Below, in pieces: positions 20,997 through 29,260 of a stretch of 64,000 nucleotides of DNA. The position numbers were made by a program, and so were the translations under genes. The notes beneath the pieces were generated by a model. The model saw only the letters and a list, made by a program, of their open reading frames with translations. It searched no databases and was not told the DNA's origin. Position 1 is the stretch's first letter; every line of letters begins with the position of its first letter. The stretch is from Patescibacteria group bacterium (GTDB lineage: Bacteria; Patescibacteriota; Microgenomatia; JAMCZE01): positions 247,911 through 311,910 of the forward strand of contig JAMCRP010000001.1 of assembly GCA_023380635.1 (NCBI GenBank), given 5' to 3'.

Positions 20997-21665
20997 ATGA
21001 AGATCGATGTTCTCACTCTCTTTCCGCAAATGTTTTCCGGTCCGTTTGATCAAAGTATTGTGAAGCGGGCAAAGGATAAGGGACTGGTAAATATTGAGCT
21101 ACATGATCTACGCCGCTGGGCCATTGACGAGCGTGGCTCCGTTGACGACCGGCCATATGGCGGCGGTGTTGGCATGGTTCTCAGAATTGAGCCTATTTAT
21201 AACGCCATAGAAGACATTAAAAAGAGAAAAGGAAAAATTAGGATTGTGTTATTAGACGCCCGTGGCAATACTTTCTCTCAACCCAAAGCCAGGAGTTATT
21301 CAAAACTCGATCAACTTATCCTCATATGTGGTCATTACGAAGGAATAGACGAGAGAGTTAAGAAACTAGCCGACGAAAGTATTAGTATCGGTAATTATGT
21401 TTTAACCGGCGGCGAAATTCCGGCCATGGTCATTACTGATGCTGTGACCCGGCTGATCCCCGGGGTTTTAGAAAAACCAGAAGCTGTTCAAATAGAATCA
21501 TTTTCTAACCAGCAACCAGAATCTAGCGACCAGTATCTAGAATATCCGCAGTATACGCGCCCCGAAGAATTTAATGGTTGGAAAGTTCCGGAAGTCCTTC
21601 TTTCCGGCAACCACGCCGAAATTAAAAAATGGCGGGAGAAAATCAGGCCCGCAGGAGAAAAATAA
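20997..21665 (+). CDS. trmD: tRNA (guanine37-N1)-methyltransferase
   Basis: VDDRPYGGGVGMV, CGHYEGIDER, SIGNYVLTGGE, YPQYTRP, LSGNH. Confidence 0.97.
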   Translation: MKIDVLTLFPQMFSGPFDQSIVKRAKDKGLVNIELHDLRRWAIDERGSVDDRPYGGGVGMVLRIEPIYNAIEDIKKRKGKIRIVLLDARGNTFSQPKARSYSKLDQLILICGHYEGIDERVKKLADESISIGNYVLTGGEIPAMVITDAVTRLIPGVLEKPEAVQIESFSNQQPESSDQYLEYPQYTRPEEFNGWKVPEVLLSGNHAEIKKWREKIRPAGEK

Positions 21666-21909
21666 TCAGGACAAAGGCTACCAGAGCAGCGATGGCAGTG
21701 TATTCCCCAATTACCTTCAAAGCCAGATTGCCTTCATGAAAATGATGTAACACTCCCCACAAAACATAAAGAACCGACAGCAAAATCACATCCGCGATTT
21801 GAGCGGCCAAATCGAAACGATAATAAATTAGTCCCGCTAGCCCCAAACCCACAATCAGAGCTAACAGCAGGAAATCGACACCGTGTCTGAGGGCAGAATG
21901 AACTTTCAT
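21643..21909 (-). CDS. Small hypothetical membrane protein with 3 TM helices
   Basis: Three hydrophobic segments, YVLWGVLHH, EY; coupled to the upstream CAP gene by an ATGA overlap. Confidence 0.65.
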   Translation of the reverse strand: MKVHSALRHGVDFLLLALIVGLGLAGLIYYRFDLAAQIADVILLSVLYVLWGVLHHFHEGNLALKVIGEYTAIAALVAFVLIIFLLRA

Positions 21910-22796
21910 AAGACGATGCCTCGGCCGATAAGATTAAGGGCAACTAACAAAGCTATAAGTAATACTAGATGCGCCAGATTGTGCCCGGAAAGCCGGACGG
22001 TTTTGCGCCGGTAAACCAGAGCACTATCCACTACCAAGACTCCGAGAAGCAGTACTGTCAAAGCCACAGAAACCGTCTTGGTTAATCCAAAAGCATCAAT
22101 TTTTGGCTGGCTATTTCCTGTTTCCGTGTTTAGAATCATTCCCGCCGGAGTGCTCTGTTTTGCTGATTCGCTGCTGGTTTCCTGGACTTGCGCCGGCACT
22201 GAAGTCTCTTCAACCGTTGGCGTCCGAGCCGACTGCGCCCCAAACATTTGCACGACAAGTGTCGTCTCGTAACCATTATATTTCCCGTTAACCACCGCAA
22301 AGCCGACATCGGCATAGCGGGAATTAAGCAGATTTTCCCGATGCGAGGGTGAATTCATCCAAGCATCAACGACACTTTTAGAATCGCCAAAATCCCTCGC
22401 CAAATTTTCTCCGGCAAAAAGATAGCTGTAGCCGGCGGCGGTAATAAACGACCAAGGGTCTTTTCCCTGCGGCGAAGTGTGGGCCCAATACTGGTTGGCA
22501 AACATGTCCGCGGCTTTTGCTTCTGCTGCTCTATTAAGCTGATCATTAAGTTTTAGCGGCATCTGCCCGGCGGCGACTCTCTGGTCGTTGGTGTATTTAA
22601 GAAGATCGGTAACGGTGATATTACTGGCATAACCCAAAACTCCCGGATTAAATTTGGCGACGCCGGTGAGAATGATCTGAAAAACCAGCAGCAAAACAAT
22701 GTAGGTCGTGACTGAAGAAACATGAAGTGCCTTAGCCTTGTGGTTATTACTCTGCCTCGGCGTTAAAAAATGCAGAAACGGTTCCAAAAGTCTCAT
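21906..22796 (-). CDS. Membrane-anchored CAP/SCP domain protein
   Basis: KAADM, YWAH, AGENLA and WMNSPSHRENLL; TM segments at both ends. Confidence 0.9.
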   Translation of the reverse strand: MRLLEPFLHFLTPRQSNNHKAKALHVSSVTTYIVLLLVFQIILTGVAKFNPGVLGYASNITVTDLLKYTNDQRVAAGQMPLKLNDQLNRAAEAKAADMFANQYWAHTSPQGKDPWSFITAAGYSYLFAGENLARDFGDSKSVVDAWMNSPSHRENLLNSRYADVGFAVVNGKYNGYETTLVVQMFGAQSARTPTVEETSVPAQVQETSSESAKQSTPAGMILNTETGNSQPKIDAFGLTKTVSVALTVLLLGVLVVDSALVYRRKTVRLSGHNLAHLVLLIALLVALNLIGRGIVL

Positions 22797-23537
22797 CTAC
22801 CCATTGTAAGACCTTTTTTGCCGGCGGTGCAACCAGATAAAAATCAGGAGGGCCAAAAACAAAAGAATTAGCAGCCATAACCACCAGTTGCTGTCGGTCT
22901 TATTATCCGCGTAGCCTAAAATCTCCGGCTGCAAGGCGGGACTGCCGGCCAGAGTGGCCGATCCCGAACCAAGATTGTCTTCGCTTCCCAAAATCTCCCC
23001 GGAGTACCCCCCCGAGGATTGGTTACTACTGGTAGCGGACAAAACCACCTGGCTGGAAGTTCCGGCAAAACCAATGACCAGATCAAAACTGGCTGATTTT
23101 CCCTGAAGCTCGTTACCCGGCTCCGGAGCCATTCGCACTTCCATATCAAAATTAGCTGTTTCGGCGCCATTCAAATTGTAAAGGTTTATCTGCCCGTCAT
23201 CCCAAAACTGCTTCATAGTTTTTGCCGGGTTATCACCATATTGCACCACCCCGTTACTTAGAAACTTCACAAAAAATTTGTCCGCTATATTTTCAGACTG
23301 AGAAGTATTAATTGCTTGGACAGATAAAGTATGCCCGGTATTGCCCAAATTTTTAACACTAAAAGATCTTGTCATCGAGATTCCCGGCGCCCAAACTGCC
23401 CCGGAAGGAAACAGCGGACTGTCAGCAGTCACCTGAAGGTCGCCGGAAGTCATCGTGGCAGCTTGGACCGCGCCAGCCCTCAGTCCCGAGAAAACTATCA
23501 GAAGAATAAATATCAATAGACTGCGGCGAAAGTTCAT
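22797..23537 (-). CDS. TasA/CalY-like domain protein with a Sec signal, Ser/Gly linker and C-terminal TM anchor
   Basis: WAPGISMTRSFSVKNLG and NELQGKSASFDL align by eye with LKPGDMVRKWVTLGNSG and NNYQGQSASFDL of 26517-27101. Ends in WWLWLLILLFLALLIFIWLHRRQKR. Confidence 0.65.
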   Translation of the reverse strand: MNFRRSLLIFILLIVFSGLRAGAVQAATMTSGDLQVTADSPLFPSGAVWAPGISMTRSFSVKNLGNTGHTLSVQAINTSQSENIADKFFVKFLSNGVVQYGDNPAKTMKQFWDDGQINLYNLNGAETANFDMEVRMAPEPGNELQGKSASFDLVIGFAGTSSQVVLSATSSNQSSGGYSGEILGSEDNLGSGSATLAGSPALQPEILGYADNKTDSNWWLWLLILLFLALLIFIWLHRRQKRSYNG

Positions 23538-25960
23538 GGTAGTTCTTTTGTCAGCAGGACAGACGAGTTGTCCGGCCTAAATAGCCAGACCTGAAGTTTA
23601 AAATTATGCGGGTTAGTATAGTAAGTACAAACTATCCCTTCGGTCGAACAGGTTGCCAGCTTAATACCGTCTTTCGTAAAAGGATCTTCTCCGGTCAGAT
23701 TGACATTATTGCCCACCACCCCATCAGAAACGGTATCCGTATCGTAGTTTAACTGGTAATTAAATTTGTCGAAAGAACTGATATTTTTCAAGGTAAAGGA
23801 TACCGTTTTCTGATCGTCGGCCATAACCAGGTCCAAAGTTGGCATCGCTGCTTCAGTGGCCGCAATTTCCGCGCTTTCCGTCGCCGGGATAATTTCAGAC
23901 TTTAACTCCTGTTCCGCCCGGTTAGGCGCCCCTGGTGTTCCCCGGTCGTCGGCGGTTCCTTTAAAGTACAAAGCGGTTGTTGCGGGATCGGTATCGGTAT
24001 ACCAGGAAAGCGGCTTTGACCCGTCACCCACTGTGGCCACTCTTTCCATCGCGTAATGTTTGTTCCCATCATGCAAACCTTCTCCCGGAGTTGTCCCATT
24101 CCAAGCCTGATCAATCAAATTATTTTCGTCGGCTGTTTCTACCAGTTTAATTTCCAAGTTGTTATTAGACAAAGATATGCCCGGCGCAACCAGGTTCACA
24201 TGAACACTGCTGTTAAGATCAGACTTGCTGTCTCCCGAATTGTAATGAGAAATCAAAAAGTATCCCTTAGCCGCAATTGTTTGTCCCGAAAGGCTTATGG
24301 GCATGTCCTTAAACATATTATCGTTTTGGTTCCAAGCCATTAGCTTCAAAGCACTCATATCGATAGCCCGGTCGGTAGTATTGCGCAGTTCGATATATTC
24401 ATCGGCTGATCCTGTCGCCGTTCCCATCCACATTAATTCATTAATCACGATGTCCCCTTCGTTTATTTCTGTTGGGGGATCAGCCAAAGGAGTTCTGACT
24501 GGAATAGTTGTATAGGCAATCTCCGACCAATTCGGCGCTTCATCGGCAGCTCTAACCGCGAAATAATAATCCGTGTCCGGTGTCAAGCCGTCGACATGAA
24601 TACTTTCTGTCGATCCCGGATCGAGAGGCTGTTTTGGCTGTACCATTCTATTGGCCGCGTCAAAGCTGCTTTCATTAGTAATGGGGCTTGTGGAGTAGCG
24701 AATATCATATTGGGCCGCCGGACCGGAGGACCAATCGTTGCCATCATTGGCCGGAGCGGTCCAGTGCAAAGTAGCCATGTTCGGATAGGCCGGCTCCGCG
24801 GTTAAGTCAGTAATTTTTGCCGGTGCGGTTACATCAGTAATCACGACTAATTCGTTTATTGCCGAACTGTTGCCACTGTGATCCGTGCAGGAGTAATTGA
24901 CATGGTGGGTCCCGCCCGTCGCGATACTAAAGCTGTTGCCGTTTTGCCAAACCCCGTCATCCACCTGATACCGGCAGCTTGCTTCCTCCGAAGAGCTAAT
25001 GGTGTACACCGCGTGCGCCGGAACGGCCACATAATAAGTACTCACCTTTTTGATGTACGCCCAAGACTGGTAAGTGCGGTCCAAAGCATTTCCGGCATAA
25101 AGCGCCAGGTCAATGTTTGGCCCTCTAAAAGAACTCAGGTCATATTTAAATGTTTGCCAGCTCGAGCCAGCCACGCTGCTGTCCAGCCCTAAAACCTCCC
25201 GGCCATTAAGCCGGATCAAGAAACCGGGATCGTCACCATAGTCGTCACTCTTGAAGTTGTAATCCAAAGCCAAGGTCTTCGCCCCCGCCGGAAACGACTG
25301 CATCAGCCGGTTTTCCCAGACAAAATTTCCCAAATATTCCGGATCGCTGTTATCAGAGCCTATTTTTACCACTTTCTGCCCGTCAATAGTCGTCAGGCTG
25401 ACATCACCCGTCGTTGTCCAGCCGCTTAAATCATCCTTAAAATCGCCATTAACGATTTTTTCTTCCACCAGTTTTGACCAGGAACCGGAAATAGAAAGCG
25501 AAACCGTGGGAGCCACCCGATCAATGGTTAACTTCCAAAGCGGCCCGAAATCACTTTCGTTATCGAAATTATCTTTGGTTTTAACATGCCAATAATAGGT
25601 TCCATCTTTCAAACCCGACTGGGAAATCTGCGGCTCTGTCAACCAGCCCGAGCGATACACCAGATCAGTCATGCCGGCATCACGATAAATCTCAAACTGA
25701 TAGGAAATCGCCGTCACCCCCGGACAGGAACCGGTCACCGTGTTCCAGCTAAACACCGGATTAAGATCCCAAATTGCTCCCACAGAGAAACCGTCCGCCG
25801 GCGCGGGCCAAAACGGAAACGAAGGCGAGTTCCAACAGGCCATAGAAAAGTTCATTCCTTCTACCTTCGCTTCGCTGGTAAAGTAGGAGTTTGTCCCTTC
25901 TGTCTTGAGTAAGTTCAACAACAGAACCAGAAGTAGGATTTTAATTACTATCCTTCTCAT
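23534..25960 (-). CDS. Large secreted multidomain protein: SipW-type signal, FN3/Ig-like domains, CBM-like module, lamin-tail domain
   Basis: GTNSYFTS signal, YYWHVKT and LTPDTDYYFAVRA (FN3), NGDF..DLSGW, DIVINELMW...DEYIELRN...RGTPGAPN (lamin tail). Confidence 0.75.
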   Translation of the reverse strand: MRRIVIKILLLVLLLNLLKTEGTNSYFTSEAKVEGMNFSMACWNSPSFPFWPAPADGFSVGAIWDLNPVFSWNTVTGSCPGVTAISYQFEIYRDAGMTDLVYRSGWLTEPQISQSGLKDGTYYWHVKTKDNFDNESDFGPLWKLTIDRVAPTVSLSISGSWSKLVEEKIVNGDFKDDLSGWTTTGDVSLTTIDGQKVVKIGSDNSDPEYLGNFVWENRLMQSFPAGAKTLALDYNFKSDDYGDDPGFLIRLNGREVLGLDSSVAGSSWQTFKYDLSSFRGPNIDLALYAGNALDRTYQSWAYIKKVSTYYVAVPAHAVYTISSSEEASCRYQVDDGVWQNGNSFSIATGGTHHVNYSCTDHSGNSSAINELVVITDVTAPAKITDLTAEPAYPNMATLHWTAPANDGNDWSSGPAAQYDIRYSTSPITNESSFDAANRMVQPKQPLDPGSTESIHVDGLTPDTDYYFAVRAADEAPNWSEIAYTTIPVRTPLADPPTEINEGDIVINELMWMGTATGSADEYIELRNTTDRAIDMSALKLMAWNQNDNMFKDMPISLSGQTIAAKGYFLISHYNSGDSKSDLNSSVHVNLVAPGISLSNNNLEIKLVETADENNLIDQAWNGTTPGEGLHDGNKHYAMERVATVGDGSKPLSWYTDTDPATTALYFKGTADDRGTPGAPNRAEQELKSEIIPATESAEIAATEAAMPTLDLVMADDQKTVSFTLKNISSFDKFNYQLNYDTDTVSDGVVGNNVNLTGEDPFTKDGIKLATCSTEGIVCTYYTNPHNFKLQVWLFRPDNSSVLLTKELP

Positions 25961-26462
25961 TTCGTTTTTCCTGAATTAACCTTTTCACTTCATTTTTAAT
26001 ATTCAATAATTCGCTATAAACAATGACTGTCCCCGGAATAACAATTAAAATAATTAGCCCGGTTAAAGTTTGGGCAAATGAAACCGGGAAACCTAATAAG
26101 GGAACAGAAAATATAACTTTTCCGATAACATAACTCCTGAAAATCAGATCTTGATCGGGAGCATCATTCGCATCTCCTTTAACCCGATAATACTCGGAGC
26201 TTCCCTGCATTCCCGTTTCCACAATTCGATGGGTGACGGTAAATTTGTTTCCTGGAATCCTTGCCGTAATAACATCACCAATAGAATAATTTTTTTCTTC
26301 TTTATCTAATATCAATGATCCTTTGGGAATCTTTGGCGACATGCTGCCGGAATTAACCGTAAAGAATTTGTATTTTCCGGTAACAGGCAAAGACGGCGAC
26401 GCGGCAAAAAATGCCAGAATTATAATTCCAGCAATTAGAAAATAAAGCGCAATGTTTCTCAT
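25941..26462 (-). CDS. sipW: Signal peptidase I, ER/archaeal type (S26B, SipW-like)
   Basis: SGSMSP (catalytic Ser), VTHRIV (His), KGDAN..PD, VIGKV, C-terminal TM. Confidence 0.9.
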   Translation of the reverse strand: MRNIALYFLIAGIIILAFFAASPSLPVTGKYKFFTVNSGSMSPKIPKGSLILDKEEKNYSIGDVITARIPGNKFTVTHRIVETGMQGSSEYYRVKGDANDAPDQDLIFRSYVIGKVIFSVPLLGFPVSFAQTLTGLIILIVIPGTVIVYSELLNIKNEVKRLIQEKRNEKDSN

Positions 26463-26477
26463 ATCTTTCCCTTAATG

Positions 26478-26503
26478 GATTGCCTCTCGGGCGAGAGGCA
26501 ATC
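26478..26503 (-). other. Intergenic hairpin with an 11-bp perfect stem between tasA-like and sipW
   Basis: GATTGCCTCTC-gggc-GAGAGGCAATC, with no U-tract on the coding strand. Confidence 0.7.
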
Positions 26504-26516
26504 GGAAAAGGAACGA

Positions 26517-27101
26517 TTAGAAATACGACGAACCAGTGTGAGATTGCTCCGCAAAAAATTGCAGGTCAAAACTTGCCGATTGGCCCTGGTAATTATTATC
26601 CACTGTTGTGGGAACTTTGAAATCCAAAATTATAGTGTCGTTTTTTCCAGGCGCCAAAACATGCGCTGCAGTTGCATCTCGATATACTGCCGTTCCTAAA
26701 ATATCAACGTTATTAAGCCATGTGGATACGGGCTGGCCGTTTCCCCAATCAGGCGTATAAATTCCTTGATCAGAACCCTCAACCTGACCATAAACCGTGA
26801 CTCTTAGTACCCCCAATAAATTAGGATTGGTCTGATTAATAGCACTTACTCTAAGAGAAGCGATGTCTAAAGTTCCACTATTACCTAGCGTAACCCATTT
26901 TCGAACCATGTCTCCGGGCTTAAGATTGGGAAAACTTACATGAGTTGTCCAGCTAGCGGAATTATTGCTTAGCTTCAGTGTTCCGGTCGCAAAGCTCATC
27001 CCGCTTATTGTCGAAGTGTCATTAAAATAGGCAGCAGTAGAACCAGCGACTGCGGCCGTAAGCGCCAAACAAATTAGTAAGCTTAAAATAATTCTCCTCA
27101 T
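26517..27101 (-). CDS. TasA/CalY (camelysin, Peptidase_M73-like) filament subunit with SipW-type signal peptide
   Basis: STAAYFND...FATGTLKL, NLKPGD, NSGTLD, LAPG, NNYQG...FDLQFFAEQ. Strong SD AAGGAGGTGA; adjacent to sipW. Confidence 0.85.
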   Translation of the reverse strand: MRRIILSLLICLALTAAVAGSTAAYFNDTSTISGMSFATGTLKLSNNSASWTTHVSFPNLKPGDMVRKWVTLGNSGTLDIASLRVSAINQTNPNLLGVLRVTVYGQVEGSDQGIYTPDWGNGQPVSTWLNNVDILGTAVYRDATAAHVLAPGKNDTIILDFKVPTTVDNNYQGQSASFDLQFFAEQSHTGSSYF

Positions 27102-27253
27102 AATTCACCTCCTTCTAGATGATTTTTTTCCAAAAAAAATGGCCAGACTTACAAAGAAGCTGGCCTAACCGTATTTTTCTGAGACAAAATCGCCCTCTCT
27201 CATCACTGACAGGCAGTACCTTGAGGATATAGCCTCTTATATAGGATTGTCAA
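27102..27253 (-). promoter_or_regulatory. Promoter and structured 5' leader of the tasA-sipW operon, containing an intrinsic terminator
   Basis: TTGACA at 27253-27248, TATCCT 18 nt downstream, GGCCAG/CTGGCC hairpin at 27165-27141 followed by U8, then the SD. Confidence 0.6.
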
Positions 27254-27262
27254 GGGGAAGAT

Positions 27263-27583
27263 TTATTGGGGTTTATGGGCGAGAGCTAGCGAAGAAAGTC
27301 CGGAAACGAGAACTAAGCCCATAACAAGATAACCAAAATCTTCCGGACCGGTGGATGGAATAGCGGAAACAGTGGAAGTTTTACTGCCGCCATTATTCAG
27401 TAAAGATGACGGTGTGGCTGACTCAGTGTTTTCTTCCGGCGGGGTACTGGTGACAACCGGCGGTTTCGGAGTGAGAAATCTTTCGCGGATGCGTTCGCCT
27501 GTCCAGCGGGCCAAAAGCACGACCAAGACCAAAAGAATGATGCCGACAATGATCGCTGCTGCCTGACGGGCTCTCTCTTCCAT
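27263..27583 (-). CDS. Small Pro/Ser/Thr-rich membrane protein with an LPXTG-like (IPSTG) motif before the C-terminal TM
   Basis: N-terminal TM, low-complexity linker, IPSTGPE then a hydrophobic tail. TTGACA-17-TATATT lies 6 nt upstream of ATG 27583. Confidence 0.65.
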   Translation of the reverse strand: MEERARQAAAIIVGIILLVLVVLLARWTGERIRERFLTPKPPVVTSTPPEENTESATPSSLLNNGGSKTSTVSAIPSTGPEDFGYLVMGLVLVSGLSSLALAHKPQ

Positions 27584-27614
27584 AACCGCAATATACACTA
27601 CAGGCTGTTTTTTG

Positions 27615-27893
27615 TCAATTGTATTTCGGCGTGCCCTTCACCGGAATTCCCAAAGCAAAGCCCAAAGCATTGGCAATCGCCGCTCCCACCCGCAAACCAG
27701 TGAAGCTTCCCGGGCCAGGATTAATCTCTATGACTGTAATATCTTTCAGGGTTTTACCTTGCTCTTTAAGAAGTTCTTCAATCATTGGCAACACCACCTG
27801 CGACCGCCAGACCGAGGAATCCCGAACAAGTTCCCGCCGGCCAACTTTTACGGTTGTTTTTTGGTTAGAAGCGGTATCAATATAAAGCTTCAT
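27615..27893 (-). CDS. tsaB: t6A biosynthesis protein TsaB, short N-terminal-domain-only form
   Basis: LYIDTAS and GPGSFTGLRVG; next to tsaE. Confidence 0.85.
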   Translation of the reverse strand: MKLYIDTASNQKTTVKVGRRELVRDSSVWRSQVVLPMIEELLKEQGKTLKDITVIEINPGPGSFTGLRVGAAIANALGFALGIPVKGTPKYN

Positions 27894-27912
27894 GCTTACT
27901 CCTTGCTGCTTG

Positions 27913-28320
27913 CTACGTACTACTCATCTCTATCTCTCTTTGCGTTTCACCAATAATGCTGATTTTCACTTCCCAATAGTGTTTCGGCAGCGCATTTTTG
28001 ATTATCTCCGGCCATTCAATAACCACAATATTTTTCGGATCAGCCAGAATTTCCCGAATACCGATAGCCTCTGCCTCTTCCTTATTTTGCAACCGGTATA
28101 AGTCGATATGCCAGAAGTGGTTATATTTCCTGGCAATAATAAACGTCGGGCTGGATATCCGCCTTCTTATTCCTAACCCTTGGGCAAGACCCTGGACAAG
28201 GGTAGTTTTACCCGCCCCCAACTCTCCGATCAAACAAACTACTCCGCCATCTTTGACTTTAGCGGCCAGCTTTTTTCCGAAACTTTTTGTTTGGGCAGCG
28301 GTTTTAGTTACTGATTTCAT
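27913..28320 (-). CDS. tsaE: t6A biosynthesis ATPase TsaE
   Basis: GELGAGKTT, SPTF, HIDLYRL, IEWPE. Start placed at ATG 28320. Confidence 0.93.
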   Translation of the reverse strand: MKSVTKTAAQTKSFGKKLAAKVKDGGVVCLIGELGAGKTTLVQGLAQGLGIRRRISSPTFIIARKYNHFWHIDLYRLQNKEEAEAIGIREILADPKNIVVIEWPEIIKNALPKHYWEVKISIIGETQREIEMSST

Positions 28321-29260
28321 AGGGATTAATCCAGGTAAAATTGCGGTAAGCCCACTCCTGGAGCCGGGCCGAATCGCCAAAGCGGTCATCACTTTTCAGC
28401 ACTACGGAAATTATCCGGTGGCCGTCACGGGAAACCGAAGCCACCAAGCACTCCCCGGCCAGATCCGTAAACCCCGTCTTCACTCCGTCGGCTCCGTAAA
28501 GATAGCCCAGAAATTTGTTCACATTTTTCAGCTGAAAAAATTTCTTACCGGTAGTGTCGGACAAAGTAATGCCGTATGTCGCCACCGCCTCGGAAATAAG
28601 AGGGTTTTTCAAAGCGACGGCAGTTAAAAGCGAAATGTCCCGGGCTGAAGAGTAGTGATTATCCGTGTCCAGTCCGCTGGGATTTTCAAAATGAGTATTA
28701 TTCATGTGCAAATTCTGGGCCTTTTTATTCATTGAGTAAATAAAGTTCTCAAATCCTCCGGGATAATTATCAGCCAAAGTATACGCGGCATCATTGCCTG
28801 ACGGCACCAGCAGACCGTAGATTAAATTTCTAACCGTCAGCTTATCTCCGATCTTCAAACCCATGTCTGACTCGCCATCCACCGGGGCTAAACGACGAAC
28901 TGTCAGTACCCGATCAAGCGGATAGTATTCCAAAGCCACCAGGGCAGTCATCAGCTTGGTAATTGAGGCCGGGCGAAGTTTTTCGTTGGGATTAAGACTG
29001 AAAATAGTTACCCCTGATTGTAAGTCCACAACCACCGCTGATCTGGCCGAAATTTCCGGCGGCGCTTCCGTTCCGGTTTTCAGAGGATAACTGCTCGGGA
29101 CAAAGCTGTCAAACTCTGTCGCCCGCACCAGCGGCGGCCTTGGAACCAGTTGTAAAGTTTCATAATAATTTTGTCCCGGCAGGAAAAACAGAAATAAAAG
29201 CAGAGCTGCCAGGGGCCACAGCCGAAGCGTTAGCGGCCTACTTACCAGTTTTTTTTTCAT
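28304..29260 (-). CDS. D-alanyl-D-alanine carboxypeptidase (peptidase S11)
   Basis: ASITK (SxxK), SGND (SxN), KTGFT, N-terminal anchor. Confidence 0.92.
   Translation of the reverse strand: MKKKLVSRPLTLRLWPLAALLLFLFFLPGQNYYETLQLVPRPPLVRATEFDSFVPSSYPLKTGTEAPPEISARSAVVVDLQSGVTIFSLNPNEKLRPASITKLMTALVALEYYPLDRVLTVRRLAPVDGESDMGLKIGDKLTVRNLIYGLLVPSGNDAAYTLADNYPGGFENFIYSMNKKAQNLHMNNTHFENPSGLDTDNHYSSARDISLLTAVALKNPLISEAVATYGITLSDTTGKKFFQLKNVNKFLGYLYGADGVKTGFTDLAGECLVASVSRDGHRIISVVLKSDDRFGDSARLQEWAYRNFTWINPYEISN

Noticed and set aside
27102-27230. c-di-GMP-I/II riboswitch or box C/D element in the tasA leader
   Set aside because: GTGATGA is present, but I found no matching CTGA box and no c-di-GMP consensus, so it is kept only as an unknown leader.
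27998-28627. 209-aa plus-strand ORF
   Set aside because: Antisense to tsaE and the carboxypeptidase, both strongly supported.
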